Shown here piece by piece: positions 22,615 to 35,717 of a stretch of 64,000 nt of DNA. The notes under the pieces were generated by a model. It was not told the origin of the DNA and ran no database searches. It saw only the letters and a program-made list of their open reading frames with translations. Position 1 is the stretch's first letter, and every line of letters starts with the position of its first letter. The stretch spans positions 682,001 to 746,000 of the forward strand of contig BAAIJX010000003.1 in assembly GCA_054600435.1 (NCBI GenBank), written 5' to 3'. The stretch comes from Neophaeotheca triangularis (Eukaryota). The position numbers and the translations under genes are program-made.

Positions 22615-23172
22615 TGCGGTGGTTGGCCTTGGTCTACGATGATTCTTTTTCCGAGTCTACGAGATTGCAAGGTTCTGCAAATGGCTTGTTTTCGCTGATT
22701 CGTTGTATACGCGTGGAGATTCGTGTAAATATAATGATTTTGGGTTGCTATATAAAAGGTTAAATAAAAAGAGCTGACCGTCTGAGCTGGGATGAAGTTC
22801 GAGTCGGATGAAGTTGAGGTGAAGCCGAGGTCAAGGTCATGAACAGCCGAAAGCTCTCTCGTCGAGTCCCAGGCACGTGCAAATGGACGAGGAATTGAAT
22901 AGTCCAGAATTGATAAGCATTGTCGTCGTCGTCCACTAGTCAATTGCTACTACTACTTTTGATGCGTAAGATTGCACAGTGGCGAAAATTGTTCGATTGC
23001 TGAAATCGAACCTTGATTAACCACATCACCTGAGCCTCTATACACAACGCCAGGAAGGGATATGGGCATCAACCTCGACAATGCCCGTAAAGCAACCCAA
23101 GACCATTGCCCAACTTCCCATGAAGCCAAAAACCACTATTGCAAACCCCCACAATAAAGCAGTCTCCCCCAA

Positions 23173-24018
23173 TCACTCATAAAACCAATACTCAGCCGCA
23201 TACTCGACCTCAAACTCCCCCGATTCACCACTCGCGCACCTCTCGGCAGGCGGACTCCCCCCAGCCGTCTGAACACGATACACAGCTTTCGCACCCACGC
23301 TGAAACCCTCGCCGTCGTCCTCGAGGAAAAGCCAATCGACAGTGCCATCGCTGCTCTGTCCCGTGTAAGCAGCTTGAGGCGCCTGAGCTCCGGCGGTTTT
23401 GGCAACGGCAAGCTTCAGCGCCGCAGACTCGTCCGTTTGCGTGATGTTGAAAATCGGCGTTCCCGCGGCGTTGAAGTAGTGTTGGCCGACGATGGGGAGG
23501 TCGAAGGCAGGCAGGGAGGAGATGGCGTTGACGCCGTCTTCGCAGGGGAAGCTTTCGAGGTCTGTGGGGTCGCAGGTGCAGGTTTCGGTGCTGGTTGCCG
23601 ACTCGTAGGCTTGGAGGTAGGCGGCCGGGATGTCTTTGTCGGCGAGAGTTTGGTCGAGGAGGTAGCTTTCGGCGTTGAAGAGGCGGGCGCGGGCTCCCAC
23701 GAGGATTGGGGAGGCGGTTGCGTTGGGGCAGGTGTAGTTTTGTGTGCCCAAGCCTAGAGCGACTGTTCGGAGAGTCAGACCCTGACTTTCTGGCATTGGG
23801 AGGGCGTCTTCGTCGAAAGTGCTTGTGGTTACGGGCAGTACTAGTCGTGGTTCTCTTGAGTTTTCGTATGTGGGAACCGTTGGCTCGTCCTTGCCGCAGT
23901 ATGCCTTTTGAGGAGAACGTTTCTGATGGTCCACCTGGCCGTACTGTCTGCCGTTGGGGAGAGCGAGGGCGGGAGTCAGGGCAGCCATAAAAGCAAGAAG
24001 GCTGAGGATCGAGGCCAT
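23173..24018 (-). CDS. Secreted DUF3455-family protein
   Basis: Signal peptide; VALGLGTQNYTC, GQHYF, VDWLFL, VYRVQTAGGSPP..C, YAAEYWFY. Confidence 0.85.
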   Translation of the reverse strand: MASILSLLAFMAALTPALALPNGRQYGQVDHQKRSPQKAYCGKDEPTVPTYENSREPRLVLPVTTSTFDEDALPMPESQGLTLRTVALGLGTQNYTCPNATASPILVGARARLFNAESYLLDQTLADKDIPAAYLQAYESATSTETCTCDPTDLESFPCEDGVNAISSLPAFDLPIVGQHYFNAAGTPIFNITQTDESAALKLAVAKTAGAQAPQAAYTGQSSDGTVDWLFLEDDGEGFSVGAKAVYRVQTAGGSPPAERCASGESGEFEVEYAAEYWFYE

Positions 24019-25636
24019 GATCAATCGCAACTTGGTGTGTACGTCGGTTTAGGAAGCTCGTTTATTTGTGAAACGAAAAGACTAAATCCAAAGAGACCAA
24101 GAAGAGGAAGAGTAGGGAAACGCAGGTAATGAACAGTCAAAGAAGTCAAAGATGCTTGCCAAAAAGAAAGTGCAAGTCCGAGATATATAACCTTGCAGTA
24201 CTACTACCGTCGTACAAGACCTACCATGAATAAGTCAAAGGCAGGCAATCGGCATCCTACAAGGCCGTCTCAGCGAGATGCCTAATCCGTACATTCTTGC
24301 TTGAGAAATGACAGCTCGGGTTTCTAAGCTTAGCATGTTGAAGGCGCCTGCAAGGCCGCGCCAACTAGGCGCATGTTGCTTGGATGTTGGGAGGGGGGCG
24401 CTTAGAGAGAGCGGATACGTGCGAGCTGTCGCTGCGACAACAAGCTGTGTGCGTCCGAGGTCTGTGTATGAGTGCTTCGGCGAATAATGTGCGGAGATAT
24501 ACTGGGGGCCTGCTTGATTCAAAAATTAGTTGCTGTTGGGACTGAGCATTTCATGTACAGTAGGGTATAGGGTGTATATAGTAGGTGTATAGGCTCGAGT
24601 GGGAGAAGAAAGAAAAAAGTCGAGGTCCGTCAAGACATCCAAAAGGCAGAACAGTACACCTGCAGTACCAACCCCGCCCAAAGAGAAGCCAAACCAAACC
24701 AAACCAAACCAACCAGCCAAAACCATAGACACGAACAGCCAGCCAGCCAGCCCAGCAATAAATACCAAGTACCAATGCCAGCCTCAGCGAGATCCAAAAC
24801 CTCGCCCAGTCTCCTACATATTGTATGTAACAAGCAAGCCGACGAAGCGCTGCCGAGTCGCCGGCGCTTACATACATAGTACATACATACATACACACAT
24901 ATATATAGTACAACCTTAGCCACTGCGTTTGCGCTTGCGTCTGCGCTGTCGTCGTTGCTCTTTCGGAAAACGACACGCTCTCAAGGGCTCTTTCGTTTGC
25001 AGGCAGGTAGATAGTAGGTAGTAGGTAGGGTAGGGTAGATTGCAAGCTGCAAGCTTCCGGAGACTGCGCCGCGAGCGAGAGCTGCTGAGGGCACGAGCCG
25101 CCAACCACGCCCACCTCTTCTGGAGTCCCTAAAGTGGTTGGGTTATGGGAACTCGTGGTAGTGCGGACGCAAGCATGCCCTACAGGACGGATCTAGTGCT
25201 GCATATTGTAACCGGCTACAGGACTACAATATGTGACGTTTTGCAAAAATAGATACATTGTTGAACGCCGCTCGCTGCCTAAAATCATCAATGGCATGTC
25301 GTAAAAACCGATAGGGTATCTTGTTTTGAAAATCCGGAAAACGCCCTACTCTTCTCTTCTCCATGTCTTGCTGGATGCTCTCCGTGGTAGAGTACCTCAT
25401 CGCCGCTGCCTGTCAGCGTTGCACTCTTTCGCAAAGGTGGTTGGCCGTAAATGGTACTCCTCGCTTGCTTCGGCACGTTCGCCAGACTCATCTTGGAGTC
25501 TTCGAGTCGCTTCCCGAGGCGATGCCGGCGAGCGTCGTCGCGCTGGGAAGCTCGAGTTGTGATCTCGCGTGGCCGAAGCAACAGCGTCGCAAACGACCGC
25601 TTCTTGGCGCTTGTCCCAGCAACAAACCAAAAAGGT

Positions 25637-26718
25637 TCATTTCTCACGCACCCTCTCCTCGGTACCGACCTCGCGAACCTCGACCCTTCCACCCTCCTTG
25701 ACCACAGCATCCAGCTCGCCCATCCGCATAGGCGCCAACCCATGACTCACACCATCCAACTGCAACTGCAACGAACACTTCTGCAACATCTCCCCGACCC
25801 ACTCCTCCTGCTCGACCTCCAATCTCGCCAGCCGTTTCGCCATCTTGCTCCTCTTTACCCGCATCCCGGGCTTCCCACCCATAGGCGCCAGGACGGGGGA
25901 AACTTCAACAGACGCTGCAGGAGTCGAGGGATCGGAGGGTGTTGATGGCGCGGAAGTGATGAAAGCGTCCAGCTCGAGACACTGGTGAATGAGGTCTTCT
26001 ATGCCGTTGCGGGTTGCGATTGCTTTCGGGGTGGTGAGGTCGAAGAAGTCGGGGCCCCAGAGGGGGTCGGCGTCGAGGGCAGCTTGCAGGGAATCGAGGA
26101 AGAAGATGAAGGAGGGGAGCGTGGGGCCTTCGAGGGTGAAAGGGTAGTGGACATCGCTTAGAAGGCAGGCTGCGTAGAGGAGGCGGATCGTAAACTCAGA
26201 GTCTAGCGAGTGGGAGACTATGCAGGCCGGGCAGCCGCGGGAGTAGGTCCATTCGCGCTCGTTAAGGAGGAAGCACTGGAGCCAGGTGAAGGCGCCGCGC
26301 GCTTCGCCCGAGTAGGCGTATTCGAGCTCTTCGGGGGTTTGGGCGCGGGTGGCCACTTCAGCGGTCCCGACTGCTTTGTCGAAGAGCTCTACGACCGGCA
26401 CAAGGAGGGCATGGAGGATATCGCGAGTGAATAGGTATTGGTTGATGTGATTTGTAGGGAGATGGGCGTGGTGATGGCAGAAGCTAGGGACATGTTTGTT
26501 AGGAACCGCGACTACCACGTGTGTAGTGTGAATGCTGTTGGTTGAACGCACTCATAGTCGAGATGTTGAAGGAGATGTCCCCTCAAGAGGTTGAACCCCT
26601 CGGAGTCGGCAAGAGATTCAACCTCTTGCGGTCGAAGGAGAAATGGCGGTACCACAGTCATGGCAGGCGTCTTGTCCTTTAGGCTGACCTTGTCGGGCGG
26701 CGTTGTCGCTTGGGACAT
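25637..26718 (-). CDS. Hypothetical fungal protein with CPAC motif (intron 26484-26551)
   Basis: A GTGCGT...CTAAC...TAG intron joins MSQATT...HLDYD to FCHHHAHLP...GCPACIV...LLSDVHYPF; strong codon bias. Confidence 0.7.
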
Positions 26719-27283
26719 GGCAACGTAAGTTAGATCAGAGGCGCATGGCGGCGCTGGTCCAATTTGAATCACGGGCAGTCAGTCAGAGAGGTTTGCGCAT
26801 GATGCCAATAAGCACGAGATAAGTGGGCCGCGAGCAAGAAGGCGCGTTGCTCGGCGTAACCGTGAGTCGACGAGTCAATGCGGCGCAGGCACCGAAGTGT
26901 AATAGTGAAGAGCCAGAGTTGATTAGCATGTAGTGATGCAAGAGAAGGGGCACGAGCACATAGTAGTAACTAGTAGTAGTAAGTGGGATAGTGAGAAGAA
27001 GAAGAGGAGGAGGAAGCTTTCTGTATTTGGGCGAGGTAACAGCGGACTCCACTCTGTAGGAGGGCGGTGCAATAGGAGGAGAGACAACAAGGTATTAGTA
27101 GTAGGAGGTAGACGAGGCAGACGATTAGCGCCGCATATCACACGCCTGATTCTGGCTACCAAGAGAAGTACATAATAGTCGTTACCGTTACCTCTACTAA
27201 GGTCCAGTATCTATGTAGTCGTAGAGCGAGAGTTTACGTGGGCTGGTAGACTGTCAAGACTCAAGACTGTGTAGGTAGTCCAC

Positions 27284-27323
27284 CTAGTTACTAGTTACCA
27301 GTTACTAGTTACTAGTTACTAGT
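27284..27323 (+). repeat. (CTAGTTA)n heptamer tandem repeat, ~5.5 copies
   Basis: ctagttactagttaccagttactagttactagttactagt. Confidence 0.85.
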
Positions 27324-29390
27324 CAGGGGGGTCAGCGACGACCGAGCCAGAGCGCGGACGCACGCATGTGATAGCCTTGCTTCTGCGGCAATCCGACGGT
27401 CCAGATTCCAATTTCCAAGGCCCCTGTTGCGCATACTGCCACGCACATAGTAAAATAAGTTACAAGTACCTTGGGTACAATACAGTAAGGTACATAGTAG
27501 GCATTAATGCTGATCTGGCGTCTGGTCAGCTGCCATGGGATGATCCAACAGACGCCTGAGCGCCTCCCCCCGGATCTTGTTCGACCATTCGTCGTTGGGA
27601 GTAGGCACACGGTCGGAGGCTAAGGGAACTCAAGGTCGACTTTGCCAGGTCGGTAGTTCAGAGGCGACAAGCAAGAAGTTGCATGTGTTGTACATATCCA
27701 TGTTCCGGTTGAATCCGATTAAAGGTCTTATTACTACTACTACTACTCTTGTCTGTGGGAGCTTTTTCGGCGCCTTTGGCTTGCGCGTTCTAGCCCGCCC
27801 GTGTCCGCCCCGCCGAAGAGCCACCGCGCGGTGAAGCACGCAAAAACGCTAATAATTAAATAATTATAACACATAACGACACCTCATAACCGTTGCTGAT
27901 AGTCGAAAACGTCAAGCGAATGGGAGAATAATCATGTCCACGATTCAAAACGTTGTCTTTTAACCAGTTTTGCCAGGCGCCAACAAGAGGACCGCATTTC
28001 TGTCCCAAATCTCTCGCAGATCCTCATCGCAAGCATGTGACAGACTAGAACCCCTCCCTCCTGTCTCACGGGCATACAGCGCAGCGGACCAAACCCAAAT
28101 CTTATCGGTAACATTGGGTACGTACCCGAGCCACCGGCATCCCGGGCCCACGAAGCCGAGAAAAAAAAACCTCATGCCTACCGCTTCCGGCAAAAATGCG
28201 GGCAGGCCTTCTAGAAGCGCGCTGAAAAAGAGAAATTTGACTCGCCGTGGTCCACGAGAGCATTGTCACACAAGAGTCCAGCCAAAGTGTGCACCTGTTC
28301 GAAGCCACAAACTGAGGAGCACACGGAAACTCCCCACAACCACCTTGGGCGAAAACGAAATCACGAAAGAAAAAAAAAGCAATCGTACGCACCGACTCTC
28401 TCAACAAAGTCTCTATTGTCCCTCCAATCCCAAACCTCCGATGTCCATGCTGTCCACCACAACGAAAGGTCTAGACCGCCCCCGAGCCCCCCTTTCTCGT
28501 GCTAACCCCAGCTTCCCCACAATGAAAGACATCTTTTCCCCGGGGTCTCCACACTCCAATGCCTTGCTTGGGTACTAAGGTAAGGTACCTTATGTACCTC
28601 GATCGATGAACCAACCCCGAGGCAGCTGGATCAATCATTACCGCCGGGCGATGATCCCTTCTTCGCGAGGCAAGGTTCGGACTGTATACGATTTTCGGTC
28701 TTCTTCGCCAGGATTCCCTATTAGTAGTATCTGACGGCCGGCCTCTGGTGAGAGTCTGACGGGAGCCTGTATGAATGCTGAAGCACACGTTGCTGAACGA
28801 CACGTAATGGTACCTTATGTTACCTATCTAGGTAAGGTAGCTTGGTGCAAGTTGAAACTACCAAAGGGTCTATGCTAGGTGGTTTCAGGCTAAATCTAGT
28901 TTGCTGGGGTTGTGGTGGAGTGGACTTCACGCTCCCAGTGCTTGGGTTCACGTTCCGCAGCGACTAGGGTAGGGACTGGAGATGTTAGACCCGTGCATGC
29001 ACGAAGTGGTATATTAGCCGATGGGACTTCTCAGGCGCCAGGTATGATGCGAGGCTGGGAAGGATCTGGAAGCGAGTGGAAAATGGTTCTGTTGATGATT
29101 CGCGTTGTACATTCGTTTTTGGCTCAAAAGGCGACTATGCTATTAATGCTCTCGCTACTGCGACTACTGTGAAGGACTCTCAAGGCTACACCAGGTAATA
29201 CATGGCCCTCCTTTGCTGTTGATCGTCTGCTTCATTCTGCTCTTCTGACCCTGCCCTTTCCTCGGTGACTTGTAGAATCGAGCAAAGGCGCCAGCACTGG
29301 ACGATAGCTACAGGTGCCTCAAAAAGGTTCTCAAGCACGTCGCAGTCTACTGATGGCGCCCGCGAGCCCAGTGATTCCACTCTCGAGCCC

Positions 29391-31385
29391 TTAGATATCA
29401 ATTTCAAGCCCAAGGTCCATATCCCCGAGCACGTCATCGTCCGTAGTAGCCTTGCCACGCAGACTGCCAAGCGGTAGACCCTTGACATCCTTCTTCTTTT
29501 TGACCTCGCCATTGGGCGTGGCACCGCGACTCGTCGCCTTCTTGACCTCAGCTGTGCCATTCTCATCGCCACCACCACCGAACAGCTCCTCCTCACGCCT
29601 CGCACGCTCCGCAGCCTCCTTAGCCTGTCGCTCTTTGATTTTGTTCGCGACCCATTCCTCATTCTTGCGTTTGTCTTCCAGAATGGCGCGACGCACTGTC
29701 TCGGTGTTGTGCTTCCTCGTGTTACGATTGAAAGCGGCCAGGCGCTCTTGCTCTTGGATCGCCTTGCTCTTCGGCGGGCTCTTGTGCGCAGTTTTGGCAG
29801 CATTGTCCAGTGCCGAGAGCTGAGCTTCGAGTTTCGAGATTTCATCCGAGTCGCCGCGTTCTTCGGCATCGGCTTTGCGCTTGATGAGTTCGCCACGTGT
29901 GGGCTTGGCGTACTTCTTCTCCAGAGTGGCCATTGTATCCAGGCGCTTCTGAATGTCGGCGTCGGTCCAGCGGTGTTCGAGCATCTTGTTGATGTCTTGT
30001 ATTTTGCTTTGAACGAAGTTTTGCGAGGGTAGCTTCTTGTTTTCTTTGCCTAACTGGGCCTCGAACCGCGCCAGTTCGTCGGGTGTGATGCGACCGTCGC
30101 TGCAAGAAAGGAATTGGTAGGGCTTTTCTGAGCTACCTTGCGACATGATGGCGTATGTGTCGAGGGTGAAGGATTTGCCGTTGCTTGTCTCGAGTTGGTA
30201 AGGTTTGCCTTCGGTGAAGCCTGGAGGGTTGATGTTAGCGCGAAGCTCGAGAGTAGTTTGCACGGTCGAACCTGGCTTACCTTTGATCTGAGCGACGCGG
30301 TATTCATTCTGGCCCTTGACCTTGTCCCAGCCAACACTCACGCGGGCGAAACAGCCCTTGGCGGTCGCATTGAAGAGCGGGTTAAAGCAGACTTTGCTAA
30401 AGTTGCTACGCCCAATCTTGCAACGCTCAAACTCTTTGAGAGATGCTGGTGGTTCGTCACGGCGACTTTCGCGGGCTGGCTCAGGCCATTCTACCTCGCT
30501 CTCTCCTTCAGCGTCGCGATCCGAAGCGTGAGATGGCGAGCGAGAGTCTTGCCTGCGAGAGTAGGTGGTGTCGGCCTCGCGACGTGAGCCTTTCTGCTCG
30601 CGCGCACGTTTGTAGTCTTCCAGAGCACTCTTTCCGGACTTCTCCGTCTTTGGACGTGTAGTGCGTCGGGATCCGTCTTCGTGCTCTTCCTCTGCCTTGC
30701 GCTTCGCCTTGCTTCCTAGGGCCTTGGTGGTTGCGAGAGCGCGCTTCAACTGCATGTCCTGCTTCTTGCGAGTGACTTCATGAGCGCGTTCTGCGAGAAT
30801 GCCCTCGCGTTCGATTTCAGGAAGAGCAAGGATATCTTCGCGGTCTTTGGCGGAAGTGAATCTGCCTTCGAGTGGGTAGAGGGGCGCATCGGCCGGCGGT
30901 GAAGGAGATGCGGCGTCGACCTCGATTTCGGATGCGCGCATGGCTGCAGGGCTGGAAGAGCGTTGTGAAGATGCAGGAGAGCTGAGTATTGTGTAAGTAT
31001 GGAAAAATGTTGTGAGGTCAAGGTCTGTGAGTTGGTGCTGCGTGTCGGTCGATGACTCTCGAAAGAGCTGTGACCTCAGCTGTGACGCCACAGCACCTGG
31101 GGCAACCAGCGTGCGGGCTGAAGCGGGTATGGGGGAGGAGCAGACTTACGGAGAAGCATTGTCGACCTCGCTGCTTTCTCTGCGCTGCCTGCGCTTCCTC
31201 CCTTTGACCTTTTGCGCAACACCTCGTTGAGCCTTGGGTGCATCCTCTGTCTTTTCTGTGGTCTGTCTAGGAGCGTCGGGTGTCGCGGAGCGTGCGTTGG
31301 TGTCCTTGGATGCGTCTATGTCTCCTTCGTCGTCTGAACTGTCGCCGGCCAGCGCTAACAACTCAGCGTCGATTTCGTCGGACAT
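29391..31385 (-). CDS. RTF1: PAF1 complex subunit Rtf1 (Plus3 domain); introns 30982-31149 and 30221-30280
   Basis: MSDEIDAELLALAG start, YPLEGRF..DRE.ILALPEIEREGILAER, GCFARVSVG..YRVAQI, C-terminal DLGLEIDI. Confidence 0.92.
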
Positions 31386-31923
31386 GTTGGTGTGATAGGC
31401 GTTGAGATAAGTGTTACGATAAATGTCGGTATGTGGTGCGATTAGATGCGATGCAGTATTCTCTGTCTTCGTTCGACGTTCGTTCAGCGAAGTAGGAAGG
31501 AGAGAGAGTTAGAAGGAAGTAGCTAGAGAAGGAACATTTGCTTTTAAGGTTAAGAACGAGAGCACAAACTGAAGCCAACTCCACAATATTCAGACGACGA
31601 CGATAGCTGTCAAGACGATAAGTGAAGCCAAATTGAAGTTGTTAGTCGCGCAGTAAAGTGAGGTAAAGTAGGTTAGAGTGAAGTGAAGTCAAGTTGTCCG
31701 CGAGTGAAGTCAGGGCGGAACAAGCCCGCTGCCGCAGCTCTCTGGACGCGGCTCTGCGGTACGGTCCTCGTAAGCCGACATCCGACGTCGCCCGTCGATT
31801 AAAGCATCATCACTCCATCGACTGCAGACGACGGTATCGTGTTCGGTGTCAACAGACAAGTCTCTTGTTGGACCACCTGTCACTTGCATAGAAGTGTGGG
31901 AAAGAACCTGAATACTCTCGAGT

Positions 31924-32667
31924 ATGGCATCCCTCAGCATGCTGCCATCGCTACCGCTCAAAGGCCGTATCTCGCCACACACCTTCCAACATATCGCACG
32001 GAACGGGACAAGATCAATTACATCGTCCTCAGCTCCTCCCTCCTCCGAGCCTGAACCCTCGAGTCTCAGTTCTCCACATACAAAGCGACGGCGGCCCCTC
32101 TCTCAGGAACAAAAAGATTTTCTCTCAGCCGCCCTACGAGTAAACCATGCCGGCGAACTGGCCGCTACTCGTATCTACACTGCCCAATCTCCACCTATCG
32201 TCAAAGCACATCCTCACCTCCGCCCTCTTATGAAACACATGTACGACCAGGAAGCGGGACATTTTTCACATTTCAACCATTTGCTAGCCAAGCACCGCAT
32301 TCGGCCAACGGCAATGTACCCGGTATGGCAGGCTGCTTCAACCGTTCTCGGCTGGGGCACAGGGGTTATGGGCCGAGAGGCAGCAATGGCGTGTACGGAA
32401 GCTGTGGAGACGGAGATTGGCGAGCACTACAATGGCCAGGTTAGGGAACTGTTGAAGTGGATGGAGGATATGGAGGCTAGAGGGGAAGAAGTAGGAGAGG
32501 AGCTTACGGAGCTCGTCAAGGAGATCAGACGAATCAGGGACGAAGAGCTGGAGCATCTTGACCATGCTGTCGAGAATGATGCAAAGGAGGCAAACCCTTA
32601 CGAGCTGTTGACTGGTGTGATTAGGGCGGGGTGTAGGGGTGCGATCTGGATTACGGAGAAAGTGTAA
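31924..32667 (+). CDS. COQ7: 5-demethoxyubiquinone hydroxylase (Coq7/Clk-1)
   Basis: LRVNHAGELAA, DQEAGH, AMACTEAVETEIGEHYNGQ, RDEELEHLD di-iron motifs. Confidence 0.96.
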   Translation: MASLSMLPSLPLKGRISPHTFQHIARNGTRSITSSSAPPSSEPEPSSLSSPHTKRRRPLSQEQKDFLSAALRVNHAGELAATRIYTAQSPPIVKAHPHLRPLMKHMYDQEAGHFSHFNHLLAKHRIRPTAMYPVWQAASTVLGWGTGVMGREAAMACTEAVETEIGEHYNGQVRELLKWMEDMEARGEEVGEELTELVKEIRRIRDEELEHLDHAVENDAKEANPYELLTGVIRAGCRGAIWITEKV

Positions 32668-34177
32668 GAGTCAGAAAAGTCTTAAACGGCCATTGCCGTT
32701 CTCGATGGGTCTTGTACACCTTTGGCACACTTGGAGAACGACTTGTTCCCAAATGCTTTCGCTTGTTTGCTGCAACATGGTCGTATCACGCAAGGAGGGC
32801 TCTACAAAACCTCGGCGTCATGCTTCGTCGATCGTCTCTCAAACCGCGTTTTCACTGCCTCTAGAGGTACCCTCGGAGCTATTTCAGGTATTGAGACACC
32901 AACTATCGCGTAGGAATCCACCGGGGAGGAACTAGCGCCATCGCCTCTCTACATCAAGACCGAATGCTATTGTCCCTGGCGAGCACCGTCGAGGTTAACC
33001 TAGCCGCGCTCTCGCGATTGGCTCACTCAAGGACGCGCTAGCGAACGGCTGTTTTTACGTCTGTTCTCATGCTTGATCAAAGAAGTCGTGAGACAAGCAT
33101 CGCTCGCCAGAGACAACCTGAGAGCGTCGCCTTGCCGGTGTATGGACATAAGTTCGCGTTCCCGTCGAGCAATTGACAAGTTGTTCGCCGTCTGCTTCCG
33201 CCATATAGGTCGACCCTTTAATCGTGTACTCTCCAGCTCCGACATGCGATCCCGCAACTAAGTGAGCGAAAGTAGCAGCGAGTCCTTAAATTGCTGGATC
33301 GCTCAGACGTTTGCGCGAGCTGCCGACTTTGTGCAATTGGGGCAATTGAGCTTCCAGCGACACGTCGCATCCTGCTGTATTCTGCATGTGTACGCCTTCT
33401 CCCTTGTTGCTTGCTGGCTCAGAAAACTACGCCACCCAGTTCTGGCTTTTTTGGGTCTGGATCTTCAGTAGAAATGGACAGCATATGTTCGCAACTTCCC
33501 GACTCCAGTGTCAGGTCCCCGCTTCTGGCTCTACTCTTGGTGTCGCCAGTGTAGTTCCCAAGAGCAACTGCGAATATGTGAACGGCATGACTTTATTCCA
33601 CTGCTCACATCAAGGACTAAACCCTGAGGGCCTCGCTCCCCCCGTTAGAGACGTGGCAAGATCCGGCGCGCTTCGTTATTCGCGTAGATCGATGTTCTCT
33701 ATTACCTTTGAGTGATAGTCCGAAAGTACGCCCTGCGCCCTGAACATACTGGTACCCACCCAACCAAATGGAAGCCTCGCACCAATGAAGAGCCGGATCG
33801 AAACCTTTCCAAGCGCCGTACGCATCGCTCGCTGTCCAGAAGCTCCTGTTGGAGCCTGTCCGCGCAGTGCCAGTTTTTTGACTCCCACCTCGCAAGTCAC
33901 GCTCGATCTACACGTTTGCACCTAGCAACATCACTTGGCCTGACATTTGCGTCCAGAGAGTTCCTTTTTACTTCGAGAACGCAGCGTCGTCCTGTGTTAA
34001 TACCACATAGGGTCCGTGCGTTTCATTCTACAAGCTAGCTCCAACCTCTCTCGTGCTCGCACGACCTTTTCCATCACCTCCAAAACCTCCTAACCGACAT
34101 AACAAAGTCACGCATGGTAGCAGGCCAGACCTCCAACGCTACCATGAGCACAAGCACAACCGTTAGTATATCCCAGC

Positions 34178-35479
34178 TTGCTCGCGATGCGACGCACAGC
34201 TCTGATCTCCACTTCACTCCACCTCACTTGTACAACACTCACACGTGCAAAGCCCTCGGACGACTCTGCTGTCCCTGCATTTGGCAACACTCCATCTACC
34301 TTGCCAGCGCGGGCCAGTCCCTTGCCACTTGGCTCCCCTGAACAGATCCCCACCCCCGTCCGCGCCAAGAGACGCCTTCAGTTGTCCGATATTGTGACAG
34401 GGCCTCTTCGAGCGCCCAAGCGCCCAAAGACACTCACCCCCGAGAGCAAATTTGAGCCTCCACGCGGTCTCACGCAACGCCAAATCATCTCTGATCTCGA
34501 AGACATGATGGTCGGCAAGACTCTGGCGGCGAAGATTGCGCGCACCAAAGAGGTCCCTCTAGACTCGCTGGGCCTACCTTTGCCAAAGCAGCTGATGATG
34601 GACGACGAGTCGAGCGCGGAAGATGCCGAGACAGTGATGGTTGGAAATAACAGGAAGTCCACCGCTCGTGCTGGCAGTAAGGAGTATACGCCTCTCATTC
34701 TCGCACCTGAGCGTTCTCCTCGTAAGTCCTCAATCCTCGCCACAAATTATCACCCACAGCTGGTGCAAACCACCTCACTGACCTCCCTATTCCTAGACTG
34801 GGTACTCCTCGACCCTGGCCTCTGGATGCGCGAACAACTCCTCGAAATGCCCTACAAACCCGACTACCACTACTACGAGCCCGGCAACGTCAGAATCCTC
34901 GAATTCAACACCCTCTCCAGCGCCGTGCGCATCAAGTCGACCCCGTCAATCCTCGAAAACAAAACAATCGACTACCGCGCCACCGGCCCCGTCATCGTCG
35001 ACATCGCTCCCGCCCGCAGCATCGAAACCCGCGGCAAAGAGAGAGCCGCCAGCCACAAAAGGAAACCCGCTCTACCCAAGGAGACGGCGACTCATACGGT
35101 CAAAAGCGAAAGCCACACCCCGACGTTGCCGACATTCCCAACAGCCGCTTCCAAGCCCGTCTCCTCCCGCGCCAGCTCCGGCGAACCGGGCAGGAAAGGC
35201 GCGGTGCCCCCGGCTCGGCCTCGTTTCCCCGGTCTCGCTGCTCGTGCTGCGGCTGCTGAGACTGCTAGCGTGTCTGTGATGCCACGCCTCTCACCGGCCA
35301 CCAAGGACTCGGGGGATGCGGTGAAGACCGAGGGTGGCAGTGGTAACGACGATGATGGCGAGACCACGGAGGAGGGGGACACGACTGAGCCCGAGCCCAC
35401 GCCGAAAAAGGAGGATATTGCGGAGCTGAGGCGGTCGTCGATGAGGGGGGCGAAGATGCCTGCTAAGTACTCTCGTTGA
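34178..35479 (+). CDS. Hypothetical protein; start uncertain (possibly ATG 34114 via a GTTAGT intron)
   Basis: 433-codon ORF with protein-like core (LFLDWVLLDPGLWMREQLLE) and codon bias; no family recognised. Confidence 0.55.
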   Translation: MLAMRRTALISTSLHLTCTTLTRAKPSDDSAVPAFGNTPSTLPARASPLPLGSPEQIPTPVRAKRRLQLSDIVTGPLRAPKRPKTLTPESKFEPPRGLTQRQIISDLEDMMVGKTLAAKIARTKEVPLDSLGLPLPKQLMMDDESSAEDAETVMVGNNRKSTARAGSKEYTPLILAPERSPRKSSILATNYHPQLVQTTSLTSLFLDWVLLDPGLWMREQLLEMPYKPDYHYYEPGNVRILEFNTLSSAVRIKSTPSILENKTIDYRATGPVIVDIAPARSIETRGKERAASHKRKPALPKETATHTVKSESHTPTLPTFPTAASKPVSSRASSGEPGRKGAVPPARPRFPGLAARAAAAETASVSVMPRLSPATKDSGDAVKTEGGSGNDDDGETTEEGDTTEPEPTPKKEDIAELRRSSMRGAKMPAKYSR

Positions 35480-35717
35480 GGGGATTTGCGGAGGTTCGCG
35501 AGCACGCTTTTTGTTTGCGGGAGTTAGGGTGGCACGGATTGTTGGCGAATGGCTATCGAATGAGTGTTTGCAACGGCACTTGAGATGCAAAGGCAACAGT
35601 ACTAAAGTGTCTTGAGAGCTTGCAAACAGTCATCAGAGTACAATTACCGCACCGTAGCCTATACATAATGAAAAAGTCACAACCATAGCGAAAAACTCCT
35701 TTCCCATCCCATATTTC

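Noticed and set aside
33027..33490. Protein-like minus-strand fragments downstream of COQ7
   Set aside because: Multiple stops of different types and no family motif
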